IMG/VR virus record: IMGVR_UViG_3300031823_000005
DNA from: an uncultured virus (IMG/VR IMGVR_UViG_3300031823_000005)
Lineage: Duplodnaviria > Heunggongvirae > Uroviricota > Caudoviricetes
Reading direction: 5' to 3' (one strand)
Length of the DNA: 64,000 nt
In this document: positions 50,301 through 58,779 of the stretch, piece after piece
How positions within the stretch are numbered: the first letter of the stretch is position 1
Layout of the letters: every line of letters begins with the position of its first letter
Notes under the pieces: model-generated
Told to the model about the DNA's origin: nothing
What the model saw: the letters and a program-made list of their open reading frames with translations, nothing else
Database searches by the model: none
Position numbers and translations under genes: made by a program

Positions 50301-51370
50301 ATAGACCCAAAAAGATCAACCGAATCGAAAAGCGTCCCTGAAATCTTTGTCGTTGGAGGAATCAATGGAGGATAAATTCCCCACTGTTCGAGAGGATCAA
50401 AACTCCCGTTATCCTTCAACATAATTTCTGAATCAGCAAAGAAAATGTACGGGAACGAAGAAAACGTTGGACGATAAGTAGCAGAAGAAAATCGATTGCC
50501 ACTCGTCACACCCGGCAACGAATAAAAAACAGTGATCTGAACTGAATCAATACTGTAGGTACAAGTCTGTCCAGGAGCAAACGGAGGAAGATCGATCAAC
50601 CCATTCAAAAGAACGCCAAACGAAGGATCTATTATTTGAGCGGGCGTCAATCCTGTATTCCATTTGTCTTGTTGCCCACCAAGAATTACGTTCCCACTAG
50701 ACAAAGGAAAAGCAGAAACTTTTTCAATCCCAATTGCCGCTGAACCAAAAAACAAAAACGCTGTAACCGCACAATCAACATTTGCATTTGATTGGAATCC
50801 ATTGATAGTAACCTGAATTCCGGAAATGATCATTCCTGCCGGAATTGGTGGCAGAGAAAAACCAGTCAGTAGCAAACCGTTTGTAGTTACTTTTGCCGGG
50901 AAAGGTAAAGATACGATCGTACTCGTTGCAAACAAAGAATCTGGTGGACCTTCAGCATTTGCAGGATTCGCCCAAGGATTTAAACCACCTTCATCAGTAG
51001 CCAATCCAGCATAACCTTGACTTGAACCAGCGATCGGAGCAGGACCACTGACTAACGTGTACGCTCCATTCGCATCTCCGGCAATTCTGTAAATATTTTC
51101 ACCGGCCCCGGCGTACCTAAACGTATTGCCAGAAACTCCCTTCAGGCGAGACAAAGTGTGGATATTCAGATCCGCGAGAGGCAAAGCTTCAGTACCACTC
51201 ATCGTGATCGGGATTCGTCCCAATCGAGACGACAAAGTACCTTCTTGGCGCACCTCGAGACCAAGTAGATTCCAATACATATTCGGAGGAGTCTTGTCGA
51301 TAGCGAAACGAGCAGAAAGCCCCTTCGAAGTAAAGGCATACGTGTACTCTTTATACTGGTGTTCAGCCAT
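47375..51370 (-). CDS. tail nozzle / tubular protein B-like with inserted domains
   Basis: NRLYYSKVTNPEAFP, YLSQDGIYIFTG beta-propeller motifs. Confidence 0.7.
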   Translation of the reverse strand: MAEHQYKEYTYAFTSKGLSARFAIDKTPPNMYWNLLGLEVRQEGTLSSRLGRIPITMSGTEALPLADLNIHTLSRLKGVSGNTFRYAGAGENIYRIAGDANGAYTLVSGPAPIAGSSQGYAGLATDEGGLNPWANPANAEGPPDSLFATSTIVSLPFPAKVTTNGLLLTGFSLPPIPAGMIISGIQVTINGFQSNANVDCAVTAFLFFGSAAIGIEKVSAFPLSSGNVILGGQQDKWNTGLTPAQIIDPSFGVLLNGLIDLPPFAPGQTCTYSIDSVQITVFYSLPGVTSGNRFSSATYRPTFSSFPYIFFADSEIMLKDNGSFDPLEQWGIYPPLIPPTTKISGTLFDSVDLFGSISASRVGLLGEQILPIDFPKTYTNFTPPLTGAITSLVRASNFVVVTTAVPHGIPLTAKGDIAFAGVVDPSFDGTFPLVSVSSPTVFTCYTGLISSLPNASSTGGTFSCYQGFYRVNTTSISPITAGQLNTVTPASMANIVPGMILIINQNIGSQFNFVLVLSTTGSTFTAYFNTAVTGAFTIIDVPFSGTAAANSTASIVGQGLNLDLSVFNEFPFNSPAPPETSDSDLISFFYNLSVVANVTSLSIAFNVSNGNFTDTYSATVDLVGVSNNTWTQFSLQRGQFSKSGGAGTAGMTWANVNGYKLTLVTNSGGTVVLQVAGINLNAAGGPFVGPGSPYDYRYTYFDSNTGTESNPSVIQVQSAFLSPNNQPIIISLTPSLDPQVTNINIYRRGGTLNTGWTQVAQVPANTTSYTDSFSDAQIDSNNVLEIDNDPPLTVDLPVPVATNLGTAVTAGSIQTVMPGSMANIYQNQILTIDQGLPQEENVTVISTTASTFTAYFQTTHSNGSSVSADSRQGQPVNLATIAFDQAWLAGDPNNPNRLYYSKVTNPEAFPPENWIEIGTPADPITSIVFFRGQIFVFTEARIYRVIIPYPGAVPAPYPTSSRHGLYALFAFCISEGLIPYLSQDGIYIFTGDSSQYATQVIEWLFADKEPNLGPVPEQDPTQAANTVMAFTKNEFYVAYTDKTGTQRRVSYDFKNGTWRNDDVGATAMFFEEDTEELVIAENDDGMIYRDRRGDVDIDIVSPGTVGPIPVNINLQTACQDQGLSLNSKSYNELALDVDWPSPLEVTLLFDNGTSPLPLGSFQTTGRQRLAIPINAGVGRVSQNVVLQITGSMGLEGPGHFYNWYIKAAVEAEIRESFDTYWAKLGTDEYKIIKQGQFEYVAADPGGINFSVYVEGNLLTPAYTFNLPQASVRTAVRIRFPALKAKIWRFIATSATPFQLYGESFVEFKPITLNKGYAKENLGAMITAQGSV

Positions 51371-52337
51371 TATTCGATCCTGCCGGCACAGCCATAGGAC
51401 TAAAGCTCTGCTGCGCGGCTCCAGTATCTAAGCCGATGCCTTCCATGAACCGTTGAACCAAAACCACTCCAAACTCAAAACGCTTCTTACAGTACTCCGA
51501 TCTCATCGGATCCCTAGTCTCGCCGTCTTTCGACCAACACTTCGCCAAAATTCCATACTTGATGTAGTGGGACATCACATCTGGAATCAATAAAAGCGAA
51601 TACAGTTTTAAGTTTCCGACATCCCCTGTAGGACCGCGTTTCGAATACCAAAGCTCGAGGCTTCCACCAACATTCGGAGAAGGATCCAACCCAATTTTCG
51701 CTGTATCAATCTGATCTCTGAACCATCTTTTAGGAAGATTAGAGTTCGCAGGCCAATCAGAATTATCCAAATCAAGATCTGATTGAGTTGTATCGTACAA
51801 ATCAGTCGTTAGTTGCCCAGGGATAACAGCGGCAACACGCTCAACACGAATCACTTGACTTGGCTGAGGATAAAATCGATTGTTAACAACGAGAGCAATA
51901 TTTCCTGGCGGAGTAGGTGTAACATCAGATCCAGTCACTTCAAAAATACATCTCGTCTTCAAAAGAAAATCGTTTTGAACGTCCGCAAGATAACCAATAA
52001 TCTCGTTTTGTGTAAACAACGGATTAACAGTCTGTCCACTTGGGAACGTCGCTCCAATCACAGAATCAGTACCGAGGTGAGGGTTTAGGAAAACGGCCGT
52101 AAACGTAGTGGATGTTACACCAGTCACCGTAACCTGCTCTTGAGTGACTTGACCAAGAGCAATTATCAGTTGGGCTCCGGTATAGATCCCGGCCATCGAA
52201 CCGGGAGTTACCGCAACTGACCCAGGAACAGCGAAACCAGTACCTAAAGTCGTGTTCACTATGGGCTCGACCAAAGTAAACGAAACATCTTCAAGGATCT
52301 GTTCAATAGTTATCGTTGAAAGACCACTGTAGGCCAT
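51363..52337 (-). CDS. head-tail adaptor / tubular protein A-like
   Basis: P.QVIRVERV...PKRW...LDPSP...IPD.MSHYIKYG. Confidence 0.65.
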   Translation of the reverse strand: MAYSGLSTITIEQILEDVSFTLVEPIVNTTLGTGFAVPGSVAVTPGSMAGIYTGAQLIIALGQVTQEQVTVTGVTSTTFTAVFLNPHLGTDSVIGATFPSGQTVNPLFTQNEIIGYLADVQNDFLLKTRCIFEVTGSDVTPTPPGNIALVVNNRFYPQPSQVIRVERVAAVIPGQLTTDLYDTTQSDLDLDNSDWPANSNLPKRWFRDQIDTAKIGLDPSPNVGGSLELWYSKRGPTGDVGNLKLYSLLLIPDVMSHYIKYGILAKCWSKDGETRDPMRSEYCKKRFEFGVVLVQRFMEGIGLDTGAAQQSFSPMAVPAGSNNG

Positions 52338-53080
52338 TATCTCTGCTCGACAGGAGTAGTCGACGCCGGAACACCAAGCGTCCTACTAAACCGCAAACTA
52401 CCCTTTCTTGTGGCAAACTTGCTCAATTCCTGCATCCGCGAAATGAACCGATCGTAGACCTTGATCGAATCCATGAATTCCTTAGTTCCCTCTTTCAAAC
52501 CAGAAATGTGCGTGGCGTAATCCACTAAAGCATCCCGGTACTCTTCCTGATAGTCGACTGGTTCCGCTCCGGTATACGGCCGCGGACTCGTAACAGGCTC
52601 CGCTACCCCACTTACAATGACATTCACAGGAGCAGTCAACTGTGGATGAATTCCAAACAACGTCAACCCAATCGGGAACCAAAAATCAGGAACGTTTCCA
52701 ACATCGTTCTCCCACCCGGGAAGCATTCTGTCCATATCCCAAACAGTCGTTTTCTTCACCGTGCCAGAAGACTCCAACCGCATCATTCCAAACAGAGGAA
52801 CATTTTCATTAAGCTGAATCACGTTTAACCCAGGAGGCAATACAAGCGATCCTCCAGCAAGACCTTGATTTGTCGAATAGCGAATTTCTGGTTCACCCGT
52901 AAGAAGAGCAGCCTCGTTCATTGCTTCAACGAGAAAAACACGAATCTCGTTTTGAACACTCCAAAACTGAGAATTCGTTCTGCTCTCCTCCAGACGATCC
53001 AGAACAAGAACTTCCAAATTGGAAATATTTGACATAACCCTAATTACTTGATCGTGCCGCGCCTCCACCGATAAATCCAC
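52337..53080 (-). CDS. second adaptor-like structural protein
   Basis: similar architecture (PGWE...PDFW...IHP...YRDALVDYA); start uncertain. Confidence 0.55.
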   Translation of the reverse strand: MDLSVEARHDQVIRVMSNISNLEVLVLDRLEESRTNSQFWSVQNEIRVFLVEAMNEAALLTGEPEIRYSTNQGLAGGSLVLPPGLNVIQLNENVPLFGMMRLESSGTVKKTTVWDMDRMLPGWENDVGNVPDFWFPIGLTLFGIHPQLTAPVNVIVSGVAEPVTSPRPYTGAEPVDYQEEYRDALVDYATHISGLKEGTKEFMDSIKVYDRFISRMQELSKFATRKGSLRFSRTLGVPASTTPVEQR

Positions 53081-53116
53081 TCACTAATCCATACAGCCAA
53101 GGTCCCCAGTTGAATT

Positions 53117-53725
53117 TCATACAGTCTCCTTCCATATGGACGGGACAAGGTTTAACGCCACGCCCGAGGAATCCGTCACCGTGAATCCGAAGGTACTAGA
53201 GCCAGCACCAGAAGGCGTACCACTTACAAGGCCGCTTGACGATAGTGATAGTCCCGCTGGCAGTGATCCGGACGAGAGCTTCCATGTGTACGGCGGCACA
53301 CCCCCCGACAATCCCGTTAGTGTTAACAGGGAGGCACTGTATGAGATCCCCACTTTTCCGTTTGGGAGTGTGACCGGCGTGTTGAGCGTCAAGGGAGACG
53401 GCGTACAGGTCACGGTGATGGTCAAGGACCCTAAAGTGCTCGTCATGGCCGCTGTTAGCGTCCCTGTTAGAGCCAGCGTGGTTGTGCTGTAGGTTAGCGG
53501 GAGCGCCGTCGAGCCGGCAAGCGCCGTGCATCCCGCGTTGAATCCACTGGTCGAACTGGCCAGGGAGATGGATGCCGAGGTGTTCTGGTAGAAGTGTTGA
53601 GGGGTAGGGGTGATTGTTCCGAGGGATGCGGGTGCCACGATTGTAATCGTGGTGGTCTGTGTCTGGGCGCGCGCTCCCGTGATTGCGAGAAGCGCTAGGA
53701 CTGCTATGGCTAGTATTCGTCTCAT
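53117..53725 (-). CDS. signal-peptide protein with He_PIG-type Ig domain
   Basis: GGVPPYTW..SSGSLPAGLSLSSSG.VSGTP...FTVTDS. Confidence 0.8.
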   Translation of the reverse strand: MRRILAIAVLALLAITGARAQTQTTTITIVAPASLGTITPTPQHFYQNTSASISLASSTSGFNAGCTALAGSTALPLTYSTTTLALTGTLTAAMTSTLGSLTITVTCTPSPLTLNTPVTLPNGKVGISYSASLLTLTGLSGGVPPYTWKLSSGSLPAGLSLSSSGLVSGTPSGAGSSTFGFTVTDSSGVALNLVPSIWKETV

Positions 53726-53741
53726 TTTATTCTCCTCATTC

Positions 53742-56700
53742 CTATCTTGGCGTCATGTCCCATTTCGGACTGGCGTCTGAAAAGTTCTGCCCGGCGGTAT
53801 ATTGTGCGTTCGGAGAAAGCCAGTACTTTGAAATGCACCCGATGGAGTTGCGCACCTTGTTATAGGCAGCCACTCCGCTGAATCCTTCGTTACTGACCAA
53901 ACCATAGCCCCAACTAAGTGCTGCCATACCTTCCCAGCCGTAGCCTTCGTCTATGTTTGTACTTGAACAGGCGGGCCAAGAAGAAGGAATTGTAGCAAAT
54001 AGCGATTTGTATTGTGTCCACGAGGAAATAAACGTACTGCTGGCGTTACGGGTAGGAAATACATAGTCGCCGAGCGCCCACATCGCCGGACCATTCGGGT
54101 CCATGACGTGATTGATGTAATAGTTCTCGGCGTTGGTACAGAGCACACCAGAACCGGGCAGGAAGCCAAGGGCCTTCATCCAGCACAGGACCGTCGTACT
54201 ATACGCATTCTGGAAGTGAGCGTTGATGCCCGTGGCTACGTTTGCCCCAGTCTGATTAAGGTCAGAGGAATCTGTTAAAGAATAGCCTCCTGAACCAAAA
54301 TACTGCTCAATGAAATTTCCAAGAGAACCAGGCGCGCAGCCCGGATTGCCTGCCGATGGACTGACACCGAAGTTGTATGCCGTCGTGTATCCGGTCACGT
54401 CGAGAGTGACACCTTGGCAGCCTTCCCAGCGAGCGATGTTCGCATTCACCTTGTCGGTTAGGTAAGCCTTCTCCGGTGAGCCGTCTACGGCAATCGTGGC
54501 GCCGAGCATAACTTCGCGGCCCTGCCAATCAGCGAGACGGTCCGGATTGTCGGCGATATCCCAATAACCTGCCGGTCCCATGCGCGAGGAGCCTGCGGTT
54601 GCATTAATGCAAGCGCGCGTACTGCCGGGGCCGCCCATCGAGCCTTGTGCATAACCTGCCTGCATCACCTGCTCTTCGTAGTAGCCGTATTCCCCGGTGA
54701 GCAAATAAGCCGTGTAGGCCAAGTTCGGCCAGTGGCTCGGGTCGAGCTGCGGACCGTTCGACGGGTCATTCCACGCCCCGAAGTCTTGACCGCTTCCACC
54801 GTAATTGATCCAGTCCGCGGCGAAGTTCGTGTTGCAGGCGTTCTTGTCGGTGACATCGGTCAACTCGACCTGTGTGCGCGCATTAATCGAGACGATTCTG
54901 CCCTGCGTCTGCACATTACCGGGGACACCTGAATTGTCGAAGGTCTGGCCGTGACCCGCATTCGAGTCGGCTTCGCGATAGAAATACGGGATGCCATTTC
55001 CGAGGTCGGCATTGTGCAGCGTCACGGAGCGCAAATCGCCCGAAGAACCGTTCCCGCACAATGTAGCGGTCGAGTTCCCGGCATCGCACATCGTCATCCA
55101 GTAAAGAATGTCCCACGTGGTAAGTGGGCCGTGAGCAGGACCGCCGCCTGTGGCATTGAAGTTAACGGGATAGAAGCCGATCCCTGCCGTCGTTGCCGCA
55201 AGTGTCTGATTCGCTCCAGCAAGGCCGGTCACTTGCGCGGTGATGAGCGACGGAGCCACAGGCAACGCGCCATCCCAGTTCGGGATGAATCCCGCGCGCG
55301 CAAAGTAGCCCATCTTATAATTTGTGTGAACAAGAGGCCCGCACACATCGCGATTGCCTTTGCCGGTGCCATTCGCGCACCACACCTGATGCCAGCGAGT
55401 ACGCGGCGTCTGCGTGAATGATGCGAACGAAGCAACCTGCAACGGACTGCTATTACCGACCGTTAGTTTCACGCTATACGTCTGATCGCGCGCCGAACTG
55501 GTCGTCGTGGTCGAGGCCCAATCATTTTCCAGCGTGAAGCCAACTAGCGCCTGCGAGGTCGATGGGTAGAACCAAGCCTCGAACGATGGGTGAAGCGGGG
55601 GTGATCCCGTATCATTATTCGGATTCATGTCGTACGCGCGTCCGATGCGGTCTTCGAGAATGACCGCAGTGACGATCGACCCCTGTAACCAATACGTACA
55701 GAGGTGGCCACTAGTGGCGATAGCGCCGTCGATGTCGCCTCCAGAAGGTGCCGTGCAGCCCGAGCCCGATTGTGCCGCCGTCAATATCGTGCGAGCACTC
55801 GCTAATGGTGTCTGTGCACCGTTCGTCAACTGGATCTGTGCATCGAAATTGTAGTTCGCGAGCATGTTCGCGACCGTCTCGGGGCTCGTGTTATTCCCTG
55901 ATGATTGGTTCACGAAATGTACGTTGACTTGCGCACTCACCGGGATGGACGCGACGACAAAGCTCGCGATGCCGTATTTCCAACTACCATCCGGCCAGCG
56001 GTTTTTCACATCCGCCTGTGTCGTCACCAAGGAGCCCGCAATCTGCGCTTGTGGGAAGTTCGCGATGTCGCCGTCAGCCGCGACTACCGGGACGGAATAC
56101 ACCTGACTCGTGATTGCCACGGACGATGAGGGATTCGTGAGCGTGACCATCGGCATTGGCTTAAACGCCCAAGCGGGTAGGCTGTAAGCGTCATCCACAA
56201 CATACAGATCGTTCACGGAGTCGTAGTGGAAGCGGCCAAGAACGCCGCCAGCGGCGGGATTTGGGTCGCTACCGAAGAGGGCCGGGTAATCGACGCCCGC
56301 AGTCGAGCCGGATGAGACGGTCGTGCAGGTGATGATATTCGACGTCCGGTTCAGCGTCACATAGTAGATGGCGTTGTCCTGCCCGGTGTAGGCGATGATT
56401 ACGCCGCGAGTGGAGTCCCAATCTCCACTTACTCCTCCAGTGTTGTTGACGTTGTTGCAGGAGGCGTCGATGCTAGGCACGTGCGTGGCGAAACTGTCCG
56501 CGCCGGTGAGGTCGTACCAGTGGGGACCTGCTCCGCCGTTGGCGTTACCCATGATGATAGCGATATCTTGCTTCTCGTCGATAAAAATATGTTGAAGGTC
56601 ATTCGAGCTTGGACCGAGCGCGCCGATGCGGTCAGTGTAGGCGTTCGCTACAGGATCATAGACGCTGAGGCTGGCCGAGTTCGTGTGGTCGGCAGGTTGC

Positions 56701-57446
56701 CAAATATAAATCTTTCCGTCCACATGATTGTACTGCGCGTATGCTTCCACGATGGTGCTGGACGTCGGGAGGTTGGCGGGCGTGAGCTGGACCCATGATG
56801 CTGAGCATCCCGTCGATGTCTCGGCATTGCACGATGCACCGATACTGGTGACGTCGAGCGCCCAGAGTTTATAGGTTCCACAAAAGTCGCCCGCCGTGTC
56901 GCCCGCGCCAACCTGCCACCGGAAGACCTTGTTCACGTTCGGCGCGTAGACGAAGAACTGGTAACTATGCCCTTGGTTGGGCGCGGTCGGATTCGACAAG
57001 GGGTCGATGTTCGTACAGGACGACGCTGGCTGACTCGGATTCGTCAGGCGCAACTTGCGACCAGGTGGCTGCCCGGTGCCATTGTTGAAAGCGGCGGATA
57101 ACTCGTAGAGTTCATTCCCGGCATAGTCGCTGTGCCCGCCACCCGCTTCCAGCATGATCCCACCATCGACGGTCGGGACATAAGCCCATGCGGTCCACGC
57201 CTTCACGACACCTTGGCAGTTGTTTGAGAAGTTGTAGCCAAATCCGCCGAAGCCGTTCGCGGGGCAGTGGTTCACGCTTCCCTGAAGCGCGGTGGACGCC
57301 GCCTCTTTCGTCCACTGTCCGGATGGGAACAAGGGCGAAGGCGCGCTCTGGGCGATGCTGATGCCAGCCGAGCCAACGACGACGCTCTGCGCGATAGTAG
57401 GAGGCGCGAATAGGAGTACGAGTAGAAGGTATCTCTTAATGTACAA
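53742..57446 (-). CDS. large signal-peptide protein (propeller-like plus glycan-active-like domains)
   Basis: MYIKRYLLLVLLFAPPTIAQ signal; GGGHSDYAGNELY; QADVKNRWPDGS; SHWP..AY..YLLTG. Confidence 0.65.
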   Translation of the reverse strand: MYIKRYLLLVLLFAPPTIAQSVVVGSAGISIAQSAPSPLFPSGQWTKEAASTALQGSVNHCPANGFGGFGYNFSNNCQGVVKAWTAWAYVPTVDGGIMLEAGGGHSDYAGNELYELSAAFNNGTGQPPGRKLRLTNPSQPASSCTNIDPLSNPTAPNQGHSYQFFVYAPNVNKVFRWQVGAGDTAGDFCGTYKLWALDVTSIGASCNAETSTGCSASWVQLTPANLPTSSTIVEAYAQYNHVDGKIYIWQPADHTNSASLSVYDPVANAYTDRIGALGPSSNDLQHIFIDEKQDIAIIMGNANGGAGPHWYDLTGADSFATHVPSIDASCNNVNNTGGVSGDWDSTRGVIIAYTGQDNAIYYVTLNRTSNIITCTTVSSGSTAGVDYPALFGSDPNPAAGGVLGRFHYDSVNDLYVVDDAYSLPAWAFKPMPMVTLTNPSSSVAITSQVYSVPVVAADGDIANFPQAQIAGSLVTTQADVKNRWPDGSWKYGIASFVVASIPVSAQVNVHFVNQSSGNNTSPETVANMLANYNFDAQIQLTNGAQTPLASARTILTAAQSGSGCTAPSGGDIDGAIATSGHLCTYWLQGSIVTAVILEDRIGRAYDMNPNNDTGSPPLHPSFEAWFYPSTSQALVGFTLENDWASTTTTSSARDQTYSVKLTVGNSSPLQVASFASFTQTPRTRWHQVWCANGTGKGNRDVCGPLVHTNYKMGYFARAGFIPNWDGALPVAPSLITAQVTGLAGANQTLAATTAGIGFYPVNFNATGGGPAHGPLTTWDILYWMTMCDAGNSTATLCGNGSSGDLRSVTLHNADLGNGIPYFYREADSNAGHGQTFDNSGVPGNVQTQGRIVSINARTQVELTDVTDKNACNTNFAADWINYGGSGQDFGAWNDPSNGPQLDPSHWPNLAYTAYLLTGEYGYYEEQVMQAGYAQGSMGGPGSTRACINATAGSSRMGPAGYWDIADNPDRLADWQGREVMLGATIAVDGSPEKAYLTDKVNANIARWEGCQGVTLDVTGYTTAYNFGVSPSAGNPGCAPGSLGNFIEQYFGSGGYSLTDSSDLNQTGANVATGINAHFQNAYSTTVLCWMKALGFLPGSGVLCTNAENYYINHVMDPNGPAMWALGDYVFPTRNASSTFISSWTQYKSLFATIPSSWPACSSTNIDEGYGWEGMAALSWGYGLVSNEGFSGVAAYNKVRNSIGCISKYWLSPNAQYTAGQNFSDASPKWDMTPR

Positions 57447-58779
57447 TGGCGTTGCCTCCCAGTTTTATCGCTCCGCTTTGCAGGGTCCCTCCGGTGGTCG
57501 GGTACATGAATGTCGCCGCGAATCCGGCAATCTCGCCTGAAGTTGAGGTAGTGATGGAAGCGGTATAGCTACCCGTCGAGGTTACGACACGAACCTCATC
57601 CGCAAGCGTAGACACCTGCGCGAGAATAGTGAAGTTCGCGCCCGCAGTGAAGGTCAATGCGTTCGCGACGCCAAACACAGCGAAAATAATCTCATTCGCG
57701 CTGGTCGTGGACATGCTCGACGTGGTAAGCGAGGTAACGGCGAGCGTGTCGGTACAGTTTGAAGTCTGGTCAAGGACCCCTGATAAGGCTAGACCGGAAA
57801 TCTCCGCGACGATAATTACTTTGTGGCTGGACGTGCCGCCGTTCGCCATTGTCACGGTATCCGTGCCGCTCGCGCCAATCTTGGCGAATGACGCGCCGAT
57901 AGTGTCGCCATCGGTCGCGAGATTGCAAGGAGCACTACCACCCGGAGTGAGTTGTGTGAATGAATCACTCCCGCCATCCGTAAAGGTGATATTGACTCCA
58001 GTGTTTAGTCCGTCGTATCCGGCGACGATGAAATAATCTCCAGCGACCTTTGGGAACGTGAGTGCTTGTGCGTTTGTCGTGGCGGTCGTGGAGCTGCTTG
58101 CGACCTGTGTGTAGTTTATCTTCGCCGTCGAGAACTCCACTGAGGAGACGCTGTACGCCGAACTCGTCGTCCAGGTGAGCGAGTTGGTTGTGGACGCTGG
58201 CGACGCCGAGGAATTGTCGAACATGGCGCCGGTAGAGACGCCGTGAAAGAGCGCGTTCTGGCGCATATTGCCAGCGGTGGCAACCGGAGTATTCCCATCG
58301 GGGAGCATGAACATCGAGACGACGGTGTTGTTGCTGGCTTGCGTTGTGGTGGAAGTAGTGCCTGATGTGCTACCAGCGGCCGAGCCCGCGACTCCGGACT
58401 GTCCGATACCCGAGTAGCCGGAACCCTCCCAAACGATCCCCTCGATCGCTGGTCCTGCAGTGAACGTCACCGTAAACGACGTGATTCCTGATGTGACGTT
58501 GCAAAGCGCGTAGATATAAGAGAACGATGATGACGCCACGGCTGGCTGTGACCGCTGCGGATAAACGACGTTGTTGTTGTCCTTGACCGAACTGATGGTC
58601 GCCGCCGCGCTCGTCGCTACGCCAATGGCAACGCAATTTCCAGCGGTCGGGCTGTAGGTGATCGTGATGCTAGTCGCCGTTCCGGTATTGTCGATGACCG
58701 GCGAAGACGAGCCTACGTAGGTTGCCCGCGCGGACGCGGCACAGAGAAGAAGGGTGAGAAGTGGGAGTATCTTTCTCAT
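57436..58779 (-). CDS. signal-peptide Thr/Ser-rich beta protein with two similar domains
   Basis: likely start MRKILPLL at 58779 (ATGA overlap with the upstream stop). Confidence 0.65.
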   Translation of the reverse strand: MRKILPLLTLLLCAASARATYVGSSSPVIDNTGTATSITITYSPTAGNCVAIGVATSAAATISSVKDNNNVVYPQRSQPAVASSSFSYIYALCNVTSGITSFTVTFTAGPAIEGIVWEGSGYSGIGQSGVAGSAAGSTSGTTSTTTQASNNTVVSMFMLPDGNTPVATAGNMRQNALFHGVSTGAMFDNSSASPASTTNSLTWTTSSAYSVSSVEFSTAKINYTQVASSSTTATTNAQALTFPKVAGDYFIVAGYDGLNTGVNITFTDGGSDSFTQLTPGGSAPCNLATDGDTIGASFAKIGASGTDTVTMANGGTSSHKVIIVAEISGLALSGVLDQTSNCTDTLAVTSLTTSSMSTTSANEIIFAVFGVANALTFTAGANFTILAQVSTLADEVRVVTSTGSYTASITTSTSGEIAGFAATFMYPTTGGTLQSGAIKLGGNAIVH

